From Patescibacteria group bacterium (GTDB lineage: Bacteria > Patescibacteriota > Patescibacteriia > Patescibacteriales > GWC2-42-12), in NCBI GenBank assembly GCA_041662965.1, contig JBAZRI010000002.1, forward strand, positions 46,062 through 110,061: a stretch of 64,000 nt of DNA. The letters run 5' to 3'. The position numbers were made by a program, and so were the translations under genes. Positions within the stretch are counted from its first letter, which is position 1; each line of letters begins with the position of its first letter. Below, in pieces: positions 38,396 to 47,523 of the stretch. The notes beneath the pieces are model-generated. The model had not been told where the DNA came from. It saw only the letters and a program-made list of their open reading frames with translations, and did no database searches.

Positions 38396-38848
38396 ATGTC
38401 TATGAAAAAATTACTACTAATTTTCTTATTTATCGCCGTAAGCCTATTTATTGGAAATTTTGTTTTAGCTGGGTGTATTTGTAATGGTAATCCGACAAGT
38501 GACACCGAGACTGCTTGTGGAGACAGGCTAGCATCAGATTTCTGCATATGGAGAGAAACTGAATCTGGCGGCTCCGCCGGTCCCGTCTCCCTCCCCAACC
38601 CCCTTGGCGAGGGAAAAACCGACATCCCCACTCTACTCGGCAAAATCGTTTCTTCCGTCCTCGGCGTAGTCGGCTCTTTAGCCTTGGTTATGTTTATCTA
38701 CGGCGGCATTACCTGGATGCTGTCGGCCGGCAACCAGGAGCAGGTGACCAAAGGCAAAAATATTCTAATCTGGGCGACCGTTGGCATTGTGATTATCTTT
38801 ACTGCCTACGCGCTGGTTAGATTTGTTTTGACGACGGTAACTAGTTAA
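38396..38848 (+). CDS. VirB2/TrbC-like (T4SS_pilin) pilin
   Basis: Signal peptide, LPNPLG, FIYGGITWMLSAGNQEQVTKGKNILIWA..G. Confidence 0.82.
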   Translation: MSMKKLLLIFLFIAVSLFIGNFVLAGCICNGNPTSDTETACGDRLASDFCIWRETESGGSAGPVSLPNPLGEGKTDIPTLLGKIVSSVLGVVGSLALVMFIYGGITWMLSAGNQEQVTKGKNILIWATVGIVIIFTAYALVRFVLTTVTS

Positions 38849-38918
38849 TAAACTAATAGTTTACAATCTATAACATAAAACACGGTCTTGACCGTGTTTT
38901 ATATTTTCAAAATTTATC

Positions 38919-39067
38919 AAAATCACCCCGGGGTTTGGGGTGACGAATAAGCGCCAAGGCGTGAGCATCAAAAGATAAATCAACGTGATAGCGCATTGAG
39001 GCACCCCAAAACTTCTTTGGTTACTTTCTTAGTTATAAGAAAGTAACCCCTAGCGGAGCGTCACGAA
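38919..39067 (+). repeat. Structured repeat family E, copy 2
   Basis: Same landmarks as 5765 with compensatory changes (TTACTTTCTTAGTTATAAGAAAGTAA). Confidence 0.82.
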
Positions 39068-39149
39068 CAGATTAATTTAGGAAAGGTAAGCTACAATGTT
39101 CAAACAAGTATCAAATAAATAGATAACACCACATTAATATAACTAACCC

Positions 39150-39178
39150 CTGGATCCCGGATCAAGCCCGGGATGACA
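39150..39178 (-). repeat. GTCAT REP-like palindrome (family B)
   Basis: Reverse complement TGTCATCCCGGGCTTGATCCGGGATCCAG. Confidence 0.85.
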
Positions 39179-39190
39179 AAACAAAAAAAT

Positions 39191-40054
39191 TTATGAGATT
39201 AGCAGCGCTGCTCCGATCGCTCCAGCGTTAGCGCCTAGCTTGCCTTTTACTATTTTTACTACTTTCGCCTCCGGCGACTTAATATACTGCCTCATAATCT
39301 TTTTAGTGCGCGATAAAAACAAATCGCTAGATTCAACTACTCCCCCGCCTACGATTATTATTTCCGGATCTAAAAGATTTACCACATTAGCCAGGCTAAT
39401 ACCTAAATAATGACCGAACTCGTCATAAGATTTTTCCGCTAAAATATCCCCGTGGTAAGCTTCGTCGGCTAAAGCCGCCGGACTGTCTTGCATTAATTTG
39501 TGATAGGCTTCTTCTAATTTCATGCCTTCTTTAAAATCAACCGTCAGCCAGCCGGCTTCGGTAGCCGAACCGTGCGCTCCCCGATAAATTTCGCCATTAC
39601 GCCACCAGGAGCCGCCAATACCTGTACCCACGGTTATGCCAAAAACATTAGTGTGCTTTTTACCGGCGCCAAATTTCATTTCCGCGCGTAAAAAACAATG
39701 CGCGTCATTATCTATCTTAATTTGCTCTATGCCCAGCTTAGCCGCTAAATTTTCCGGCAGCTTAAGGCCGTTGAGTAGCGGTAAATTCGGCGCTTCCACG
39801 ATTTTATTTTCTTTATAATCAAGCATAGCGGCTATGCCCACTCCCAGGCCTTTAATAACGCCGCCGCCGGCCTTAGCTTTATCCATAAGCGGCTCAACCA
39901 AAGCCTTAAGCATAATCATAAAATGCTCCAAATCGTCTTTGGGCGTGGCTAAAACATAGTCGGCGATAACTTTTTCCCCATCAAACAAAACCGCGCTCAT
40001 CTTTGTGCCGCCGATGTCTACGCCGATAGTATAATTTTTGATTGATTTAGTCAT
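39191..40054 (-). CDS. ROK family sugar kinase
   Basis: GVDIGGTK, DNDAHC, TVGTGIGG, AGAIGAA. Confidence 0.92.
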   Translation of the reverse strand: MTKSIKNYTIGVDIGGTKMSAVLFDGEKVIADYVLATPKDDLEHFMIMLKALVEPLMDKAKAGGGVIKGLGVGIAAMLDYKENKIVEAPNLPLLNGLKLPENLAAKLGIEQIKIDNDAHCFLRAEMKFGAGKKHTNVFGITVGTGIGGSWWRNGEIYRGAHGSATEAGWLTVDFKEGMKLEEAYHKLMQDSPAALADEAYHGDILAEKSYDEFGHYLGISLANVVNLLDPEIIIVGGGVVESSDLFLSRTKKIMRQYIKSPEAKVVKIVKGKLGANAGAIGAALLIS

Positions 40055-40065
40055 ATATTTTAGTT

Positions 40066-40168
40066 GATGGGGCTAAATTTTATTAAATTTTTGAACGAGG
40101 ACTGTCTGAGCTCGAGTACTCTCGGGCGAAGTTACGAGAGGAGAAAATTTAATAAATTTAGCCACATC
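40066..40168 (+). repeat. Long palindromic repeat family C, copy 3 (degenerate core)
   Basis: GATG.GGCTAAATTT...CGAGGACTGTCTGAGC...AAATTTAGCC.CATC. Confidence 0.75.
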
Positions 40169-40195
40169 TCTCATGCGATTTATAATTTAAATGGA

Positions 40196-41197
40196 TTATT
40201 TATTAAATAATTTCCTAGCTTCCCTCCACATCTCCGGCCGACCCTCTCGCATCTCCCAATACCAAAATTCCACGCCCCAAAGATAAAATTCGCGAAAACC
40301 GGTCTGGCGCCCGAACTCTATCATCTGTTTAAATTTTTCCGGACTCATAGTTTTATCGCGGTCGGCTTGGGATAAATCTTGGTAAGCTTTCGGCCCCCAA
40401 GGCTCGGCTTGCATCTCTATTACTATCCAGCTCTTAGGCTTGGCGAATAAGCCGGCCATGTTCTTTTTAAATTTAAAAAAGGCTGGCGTAATCGGATAAT
40501 GAATATAGCGTTTAAAAAAATTGGAGTAAGTGTTTAAATACATGGTCGTGCCGAAAATATCAGCGCGCTTAGCCGCGCCCACCCAGTAAGACAACTCACC
40601 TGAATCGGTAACAACAATCGGCCGGGCATCAAGGCTTCTGGCCAGCGAAATTTCCTGGTCTAAAAATTTGGCGTCAAATTTCGGGCAGTCGCCGAAATGG
40701 GATAAAAACGGCTCATTTTCTATCTGCCAGGCAATGATATTTTTATGGTCTTTATAGCGCTCAATTACCCGGGAAATATAATCCAAAGTTTTATTTTCTA
40801 TTTGCGCCTTTAACCGCCCCTTTGTCCAATCCGGAAAATGGCATTCGGGCCAGCGGGGAAGCCTAGCGCCAACCGCTAAAATAATTTCCGCTTGCCGCGC
40901 GCCGGCTTGGCTTATTTGCCAATCAAGATCCTCCCAAAAATAATCGCCTTCTTGATTTTCAATTTCATCCCAATAGGCCGACAACCTTATCTTTTTTACC
41001 CCTAAGTCATCAAAAACTGATAAATAAATGTTTCTCCACTCAAGCCCTAAGCTTTCGGCGTGTTTTTTAGAAAAAGTCAGCCCGTACTCTAATTCATCTT
41101 TTTCATAAACACGGCCTTGGCTAAAAACAAAAACAAAAAATAAAACTAAAATTAAAACAATAAAAAATATTTTAACCAGACGAAAATTTTTCAACAT
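40196..41197 (-). CDS. Clan GH-A glycoside hydrolase (GH5/GH42-like), membrane anchored
   Basis: YWDEIE, WQIENEP acid/base motif, EMQAEPW nucleophile region. Confidence 0.8.
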   Translation of the reverse strand: MLKNFRLVKIFFIVLILVLFFVFVFSQGRVYEKDELEYGLTFSKKHAESLGLEWRNIYLSVFDDLGVKKIRLSAYWDEIENQEGDYFWEDLDWQISQAGARQAEIILAVGARLPRWPECHFPDWTKGRLKAQIENKTLDYISRVIERYKDHKNIIAWQIENEPFLSHFGDCPKFDAKFLDQEISLARSLDARPIVVTDSGELSYWVGAAKRADIFGTTMYLNTYSNFFKRYIHYPITPAFFKFKKNMAGLFAKPKSWIVIEMQAEPWGPKAYQDLSQADRDKTMSPEKFKQMIEFGRQTGFREFYLWGVEFWYWEMREGRPEMWREARKLFNK

Positions 41198-41227
41198 AAT
41201 TAAATTCTCTGGACTAAACGCGCTCGG

Positions 41228-41647
41228 CTAAGCTCCGGTAGTCGCTCCGACGATTTGATTTATGACGAAATTAGTCAGCGCGTAAGCCGATAAAATAATA
41301 ATTAGGCCGATCACGCCGTTAATCAGCATTTTTTTAGCCTCGGAGACGTTTTCTTCGTTGCCTCCAGCCGTCATCCATTTAAAACCCGCATATAAAACTA
41401 TGATAACGGCGATGATGCCGAGAAAGCCTAAAATAAATTTAATAATATCGGCCGCAACCTGGCGCGGATCGCGGTCAGCTGCCTCGCCCAAACCTGAATT
41501 ATCTCTAGTATAAGTTTTTAAATCATTGCCTCCCCAATAATCATCTGAACTCACGGCTAAGGATTGCGAGGCTGGAGCCAAAACTAAAATGGCCAACGAG
41601 AAAATCATCGCCGCCGTAATGACTTTCTTAAAAAAAATTTGTTTCAT
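41228..41647 (-). CDS. VirB2/TrbC-like pilin
   Basis: LYAGFKWMTAGGNEENVSEAKK. Confidence 0.85.
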   Translation of the reverse strand: MKQIFFKKVITAAMIFSLAILVLAPASQSLAVSSDDYWGGNDLKTYTRDNSGLGEAADRDPRQVAADIIKFILGFLGIIAVIIVLYAGFKWMTAGGNEENVSEAKKMLINGVIGLIIILSAYALTNFVINQIVGATTGA

Positions 41648-41657
41648 AATTTTATTT

Positions 41658-41713
41658 ACCCCGTTAAATCCGCCCTGCGGAAATTCGCTAAAAGCGAATT
41701 TATTTAACAGGGT
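41658..41713. repeat. CCCCGTTA-ended miniature inverted repeat (family H)
   Basis: ACCCCGTTAAAT...ATTTAACAGGGT. Confidence 0.7.
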
Positions 41714-41756
41714 GAATAAATTAATTTGTTAACTTAAAGTGCTCCGGGCATAAAAG

Positions 41757-42215
41757 CTACTGCCAAATCACCGGTGTATCGGTAGTCGCTCCGACTATAT
41801 AGCTTATAATAAAAGTAGCTAAGGCATAAGCCGATAAAATAATAACTAAGCCGATCACCGCGTTAATCAGCATTTTTTTAGCCGTAGCGACGTTTTCTTC
41901 GTTGCCTCCGGCAGTCATCCATTTAAAGCCGGCGTATAAAATTATCACCACTGTTATTATTCCTAAAAACCCCAAAACAATTTTAATTATATCCACAATT
42001 GTCATTCTGATATCTCTAGGCGTGCTCCCGTCATAAGCTTGGCCAACCTGATTAAGCCCGCCGTCGTTAACCCTCTGCCACCAATCACCTTCAGCCTTGA
42101 CTTGATTAATAGCGCTAAAATCGGCCGTAACCGGGGCTAGAGCTAAAAACATAGACAAAAATACAGCGCTTAGGCTATACTTAATAATTGATTTAAATTT
42201 TTTAGTCATAAACAT
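41757..42215 (-). CDS. VirB2/TrbC-like pilin
   Basis: LYAGFKWMTAGGNEENVATAKK. Confidence 0.85.
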   Translation of the reverse strand: MFMTKKFKSIIKYSLSAVFLSMFLALAPVTADFSAINQVKAEGDWWQRVNDGGLNQVGQAYDGSTPRDIRMTIVDIIKIVLGFLGIITVVIILYAGFKWMTAGGNEENVATAKKMLINAVIGLVIILSAYALATFIISYIVGATTDTPVIWQ

Positions 42216-42287
42216 ATTATTTTGCTATAATTTAATTATAATAATCTTATTAATATTATATCTAAAATTAGTAAATCAAGCAAAGTT

Positions 42288-43721
42288 ATGACCTTATCCG
42301 CCCAAGTCGCTTACAACACTATCATCCAAATAGCCGGCAAAGCCGTTTCTACCGCCCTGGGGCTAGCGGCCATTGCCGTTATGGCCAGATACTTGCGCGA
42401 GATCGGCTTTGGCCAATATACCACCATTATTACTTTTTTATCGTTTTTCGGCATTATAGCGGATTTTGGCTTAACTTTGGTAACCTCGCAAATGATCAGC
42501 CGGCCGGGCAATAACCAGGCCGCCTTATTAAATAACCTTTTTAGCCTGCGCTTGATTTCCGCCGTGTTCTTTTTGGGTTTGGCGCCTTTAATTGTTTTAT
42601 TCTTCCCTTATGAGCCGATCATTAAATTAGGCGTGGCCGTAGCCGCGCTGTCGTTTTTTTTCACGGCCTTAAACCAAATTTTAGTGGGTTTTTTCCAAAA
42701 AAACCTGACTATGACCGTGGTGGCAATAGCCGAAGCGGTTAGCCGGGCGCTTTTGCTTATAGGCATTATTATAACCGCCTATTTGGATTTAGGCCTATTA
42801 GCCATTATGGTAGCGACGGTTGCCGCCAGCTTAGTAAGCTTTATTATGCATTATTGGTTTTCCCGCCGTTTTATTAAAATCGGCTGGCAAATCGACCTAA
42901 CCGTCTGGCGCGAAATCATTAAAAAATCATGGCCGCTCGGGCTAACTATTTTTTTCAATCTAATTTATTTAAGAGCCGATATTTTTATCTTATCGCTCTT
43001 TAAAAGCCAGGCGGACGTCGGCATTTACGGCGCCACCTATAAAGTGATTGACGTTTTGACTACTTTACCTTTTATGTTCGCCGGCTTGATTTTGCCAATA
43101 TTGACCTCCGAGTGGGCCGGCAAAAATTTCCCAAAATTCAACCAAGTCCTGCAAAAATCCTTTGACGCCATGGTTATGCTGGCTATTCCCCTGATTGTCG
43201 GCGCCCAGCTTACCGCCGATCCGCTGATGGTACTAATCGCCGGAGAAAATTTCGTCCAATCCGGCTATCTTTTAAAAATATTAATTTTAGCCATCGGCTT
43301 TATTTTTATCGGCTGCTTATTCGCTCACGCGGTTATCGCCCTAGACAAGCAAAAAAATATTATTGGCGCTTATATCTTTACCGCCCTGACCGCGCTCGCC
43401 GGCTACCTTATTTTTATCCCCCGCTTTTCCTATTACGGCGCCGCCTGGGTGACTGTTTACAGCGAACTTGCCATTGCCCTGTTTTCCCTCTATATTGTAA
43501 TCAAACACAGCCAATTCAGGCCGAATCTAAGCATTATCCTTAAATCATCGGCCGCCTCGCTGATAATGGCTTTAAGCATTTATTTATTAATCGGCAAACT
43601 TAGCCTTATCTTAACGATTTTATCCGCCGGCGCGATTTATCTGTTTTGCCTCTACTTATTCAAAGGCTTTAGCTCTGTCATTCCGGCCTCCGAGCCGGAA
43701 TCCAGTATTCACCCCCTTTAA
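42288..43721 (+). CDS. Wzx-like polysaccharide flippase
   Basis: ARYL...FGQY...ADFGL, RADIFILS...VGIYGA; ~14 TM. Confidence 0.88.
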   Translation: MTLSAQVAYNTIIQIAGKAVSTALGLAAIAVMARYLREIGFGQYTTIITFLSFFGIIADFGLTLVTSQMISRPGNNQAALLNNLFSLRLISAVFFLGLAPLIVLFFPYEPIIKLGVAVAALSFFFTALNQILVGFFQKNLTMTVVAIAEAVSRALLLIGIIITAYLDLGLLAIMVATVAASLVSFIMHYWFSRRFIKIGWQIDLTVWREIIKKSWPLGLTIFFNLIYLRADIFILSLFKSQADVGIYGATYKVIDVLTTLPFMFAGLILPILTSEWAGKNFPKFNQVLQKSFDAMVMLAIPLIVGAQLTADPLMVLIAGENFVQSGYLLKILILAIGFIFIGCLFAHAVIALDKQKNIIGAYIFTALTALAGYLIFIPRFSYYGAAWVTVYSELAIALFSLYIVIKHSQFRPNLSIILKSSAASLIMALSIYLLIGKLSLILTILSAGAIYLFCLYLFKGFSSVIPASEPESSIHPL

Positions 43722-43772
43722 TAAAGGGGCTAGGGGAATTTTACTGTATTTATCAATGACAAAAAATTATTT

Positions 43773-44804
43773 ATGACCAAAATTCTCCTGATTAATTCAT
43801 CGGCTGAAAAAAATTTATTGCTGATTCGCGCCTGTAAAGAACTGGAGCAAAAAAACTTTTCCTTGGCTTTTCTGTCTTCAAAAAAACCCCTGCTCGGGCA
43901 ATTTAAATTCCTGTTTTTATTAACCGGCTTTAGGCTTAAGCGAAAAGTTGACATAGTCGCCTGCCTTAATTTCAATGAGAAAATTGTTATTACCCCGTTG
44001 GCCCGCTTGTTTGGCTTAAAAGTTATATGGCTTGAAGGGCCGGAAGCAGACTACCGGCAATTTAATAAATTTTTATTGGCATTATATAAATTAAATTTCC
44101 GGCTGGCGAAAACCATTGCTTTTAATAATTATTCTAAACTAAAATTAAAAAATATCGGCTGCGATGAAAATAAAATAAGCCTGATAACTCCGGGCGCCAA
44201 GCTTTCTCCCTACCAAGAAAATATTTTTAATAAGCTGGCTAGCGCCGGCCGGGTGAATTTCCACCGCAAATATTTTACGGTCGGCCTCGTAACCGCTTTA
44301 AACCAAAAACAAAAAATTGAAACGATTTTCCAGGCCATAAAAACCAGCTTGCCGGTAATCCCCAATATCCAGCTGATTATAATCGGCGAGGGCGAAGAAA
44401 GGAAGAATCTCTCATGGCTCGCAAAAAAAATGGAAATTGATAATCTAGTCTGGCTGGTCGGCGAACAGGAACAGCTGAAAAAATGGCTTGACAGTTTTGA
44501 TGTTTTTTTGGCTTTGGGAGAAAAATTATCGCTTGATGATTATGGCAATATTCTAGAAGCCATGGCCGCCGGCCTGCCGGTTCTAGCTCCGCGCAATATC
44601 GGTCTGGAAGACTTAATTATGGAAAATAATACCGGCGCGCTGATTGAATCCAATAACAGCGAGATGCTGGCGCGGCAAATTATTAAATTACATCAAGACA
44701 AGCGTTTACGCCTGTTTTTAGGCAAAAACGGCCGAGAACGCGCCAGCCGATCATTCACTTTGGAAATAATGGTTGAAAAATTAGCAGTCATATTAAAAAA
44801 TTAA
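43773..44804 (+). CDS. Glycosyltransferase family 4
   Basis: IIGEGEER, LEAMAAGLPV, GRERA..F. Confidence 0.85.
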   Translation: MTKILLINSSAEKNLLLIRACKELEQKNFSLAFLSSKKPLLGQFKFLFLLTGFRLKRKVDIVACLNFNEKIVITPLARLFGLKVIWLEGPEADYRQFNKFLLALYKLNFRLAKTIAFNNYSKLKLKNIGCDENKISLITPGAKLSPYQENIFNKLASAGRVNFHRKYFTVGLVTALNQKQKIETIFQAIKTSLPVIPNIQLIIIGEGEERKNLSWLAKKMEIDNLVWLVGEQEQLKKWLDSFDVFLALGEKLSLDDYGNILEAMAAGLPVLAPRNIGLEDLIMENNTGALIESNNSEMLARQIIKLHQDKRLRLFLGKNGRERASRSFTLEIMVEKLAVILKN

Positions 44805-44812
44805 CTATTTTT

Positions 44813-44910
44813 GTTCAGGCTAAATTTACTAAATTTTCGTGCGAGGACTGTTTGAGCGAGCGTTAGCGAGCGAGTTCCGCAGTAGAAAATTTTGTGAATT
44901 TAGCCTGAAC
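44813..44910 (+). repeat. Long palindromic repeat family C, copy 4
   Basis: GTTCAGGCTAAATT-core-AATTTAGCCTGAAC. Confidence 0.88.
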
Positions 44911-44944
44911 TTTCATGTCATAAAATAGCATGAATCATATTCTT

Positions 44945-45895
44945 ATGACCATAAAAATAACCGAAAAAAATTACGGCGAACGGCTGGATAAATTTTTAAC
45001 CGGCTCCGGCCATTTAAAGCTTTCGCGAAACCAAATCCAAAAACTGATTGAGCAAGGCTTAATCAGCATAAACAGCTTAACCGTTTCCGCGCATTACCTG
45101 CTTAGGCCAAACGACATTATTAATGTGGCCAAAAATCTTTTTTTGGATAAAAAATCAATTGATAAAGAGAAATTAGCCGGCCTGCCGGATCATAAAATAA
45201 AAATTATCCATGAGACCGCTGAATTTTTAGTGATAAATAAGCCGGCCGGACTGGCCGTGCATGGGCTAAATAATTACACCCTGGCTGATTGGCTGATGGA
45301 AAAATATCCAAAAATAAAAAAAATAGGCGATGACCCGGAAAGGCCGGGCATAGTGCACCGCCTGGACAAAGACGTTAGTGGACTGATGGTCATAGCGAAA
45401 ACCCAGGCCGCTTTTAACAGCCTTAAAAAACAATTTCAAAACCGGACAATAAAAAAACAATACACCGCTTTAGTTCATGGCAAAATAATAAAAGACAGCG
45501 CTATTATTAACTTTCCGATTAAACGCTCGCGCGAAGGCTATAAAATGGCGGCTCTACCGGCGACGGTCAAAGGCGAACCGACCGAGGCCGGACGGCTGGC
45601 GGAAACGGAGTTTATGGTTTTACAAAGATTGATAAATTACACGCTGTTAAAAATAAAAATTAAAACCGGCCGCACTCATCAAATCAGGGTCCATCTGGCC
45701 GCCTACGGCCACCCGATCGTCGGCGATGATACTTACAGCACGGCTAAAACCAGAGCGCAAAATAAAAAATTAAACTTAGGCCGGATTTTCTTAATCGCCG
45801 ACCATTTATCTTTTAACGACCTTAAGAATAAGCGGCAAGATTATAAAATAAATCTGACCGAAGAATTAAAAAATCTTCTAAAAATTGTAAAATAA
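44945..45895 (+). CDS. rluD: RluA/RluD-family pseudouridine synthase
   Basis: S4 domain RLDKFL, NKPAGLAVH, HRLDKDVSG, TGRTHQIRVH. Confidence 0.88.
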   Translation: MTIKITEKNYGERLDKFLTGSGHLKLSRNQIQKLIEQGLISINSLTVSAHYLLRPNDIINVAKNLFLDKKSIDKEKLAGLPDHKIKIIHETAEFLVINKPAGLAVHGLNNYTLADWLMEKYPKIKKIGDDPERPGIVHRLDKDVSGLMVIAKTQAAFNSLKKQFQNRTIKKQYTALVHGKIIKDSAIINFPIKRSREGYKMAALPATVKGEPTEAGRLAETEFMVLQRLINYTLLKIKIKTGRTHQIRVHLAAYGHPIVGDDTYSTAKTRAQNKKLNLGRIFLIADHLSFNDLKNKRQDYKINLTEELKNLLKIVK

Positions 45896-45896
45896 T

Positions 45897-46538
45897 ATGA
45901 AAAAAACAGGAAAAATATTTATTATTGCCGGTCCGACAGGAGGAGGAGAAAGTACTATCACCAATAAAATAATAAATCGCTACCCTTCTTTTAAAAGGTT
46001 GGTCACGGCCACTACCAGAAAGCCAAGAATTAAAGAAAAACATAAAATTGATTACTATTTTTTTAACAAACCAAAATTCAAAAAAGAAATAAAAAAAGGC
46101 AACATTATTGAACATACCTATATTAAAAACCGTAAGGCATATTATGGCAGTTATAAGCCGGATCTAGAAAAAAAATTAAATGAAGGCTATAACATTATTA
46201 TTAATCCAGACGCAGTGGGGGCAAAATATTATAAAAAATATTATAATGCTGTCACAATTTTTATAAAACCCGATTCACTTGAAAGCATCAAAAAAAGGCT
46301 TATTGCCAGAGATCCTAAAATCAAACCAGTTGAATTAAAAAAACGAATGGAAAATGCTAGAAATGAAATAAAAAATGAATCACGTTTTTACGATTTTACT
46401 GTTATAAATGCGCAAGGAAAGCTTAACCTGGCTATAAAAGAAGTCATTAAAATCATAAAAAAGCTTAAAGGAAAAAGATTGACAAAATCGGTTTATTATT
46501 ATAGTATAACTAAATCATTAAATATTAAGCATATTTAA
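45897..46538 (+). CDS. gmk: Guanylate kinase-like protein (P-loop Lys replaced by Glu)
   Basis: IAGPTGGGEST, TTRKPR..E...DYYF, YYGS. Confidence 0.82.
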   Translation: MKKTGKIFIIAGPTGGGESTITNKIINRYPSFKRLVTATTRKPRIKEKHKIDYYFFNKPKFKKEIKKGNIIEHTYIKNRKAYYGSYKPDLEKKLNEGYNIIINPDAVGAKYYKKYYNAVTIFIKPDSLESIKKRLIARDPKIKPVELKKRMENARNEIKNESRFYDFTVINAQGKLNLAIKEVIKIIKKLKGKRLTKSVYYYSITKSLNIKHI

Positions 46539-46577
46539 AATAGAACCGTTAATGTTCTATTTTTAAATATAAAAAAT

Positions 46578-46928
46578 ATGGCAAAAGCAAAAGAAGCAGT
46601 CATGGCGAAAATAAACCCGGAAGATTTAAAGCCCGGGATGACGGTCAGAGTCTACCAAAAAATTAAAGAGCTTAATTCTAAAGGCGAGGAGAAAGAAAGG
46701 GTGCAGTATTATGAAGGCATAATCATCGCTAAAAAGCACGGTAAAGAAGCCGGCGGAACGATTACGGTTAGAAAAGTATCCGACGGCGTTGGCGTGGAAA
46801 AAATCTTTCCTCTTAACCTGCCGACCATCACTAAAATAGAAATTAAAAAGCAAAGCCGGGTAAGGCGGGCTAAATTATATTTTTTGCGCGATTACAATAA
46901 AAAGATTAAAGACGTAAAAATCGCTTAA
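46578..46928 (+). CDS. rplS: 50S ribosomal protein L19
   Basis: ERVQYYEG...TVRKVSDGVGVEKIFP...VRRAKLYFLR. Confidence 0.97.
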   Translation: MAKAKEAVMAKINPEDLKPGMTVRVYQKIKELNSKGEEKERVQYYEGIIIAKKHGKEAGGTITVRKVSDGVGVEKIFPLNLPTITKIEIKKQSRVRRAKLYFLRDYNKKIKDVKIA

Positions 46929-46934
46929 ACTCCG

Positions 46935-47018
46935 GCCGAGGTGGCGAAACTGGTACACGCACTACCTTGAGGTGGTAGCGGGGGCAACCCCTTGCAGGTT
47001 CAAGTCCTGTCCTCGGCA
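46935..47018 (+). tRNA. tRNA-Leu(GAG)
   Basis: CTACC-TTGAGGT-GGTAG, long variable arm. Confidence 0.95.
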
Positions 47019-47030
47019 CCCACGCCTCGC

Positions 47031-47102
47031 GGACAGTTAGCTCAATGGTAGAGCACTGCGTTTACATCGCAGGGGTTGCAGGTTCGAGCCCTGCACTGTC
47101 CA
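47031..47102 (+). tRNA. tRNA-Val(TAC)
   Basis: GGACAGT/ACTGTCC, CTGCG-TTTACAT-CGCAG. Confidence 0.93.
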
Positions 47103-47103
47103 C

Positions 47104-47523
47104 ATGAAATTTCTCTCCGCGTCTCCAAAACAAACTTTTAGCTTTGCAAAAAACTTCTCTAAAAAATTAACCGGCGGCGCTACACTTGGGCTAATCGGCG
47201 ATTTAGGGGCCGGCAAGACTGTTTTCACCAAAGGTTTGGCGGCTGGTTTAGGCATTAAAAAAAACATCACCAGCCCGACTTTTGTCTTGATGAAAGTTTA
47301 CTCCGTTAAATCATTAAACATTAAATTTTTAGTTCATATTGACGCTTACCGAATTAAATCAGGCCGTGATTTAATAGCTATCGGCGCTGATGAATATTTT
47401 AACCGGCCGGACACGGTAACTATCATAGAATGGGCGGATAAAATAAAAAAAATCTTGCCTAAAAAGGCAAAATTGGTTAAAATAAGCTTCCTAAAAAATA
47501 ATTTAAGAAAAATTATTTTTTAA
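47104..47523 (+). CDS. tsaE: t6A biosynthesis ATPase TsaE
   Basis: GDLGAGKT, SPTF, HIDAYR, IIEWAD. Confidence 0.95.
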   Translation: MKFLSASPKQTFSFAKNFSKKLTGGATLGLIGDLGAGKTVFTKGLAAGLGIKKNITSPTFVLMKVYSVKSLNIKFLVHIDAYRIKSGRDLIAIGADEYFNRPDTVTIIEWADKIKKILPKKAKLVKISFLKNNLRKIIF

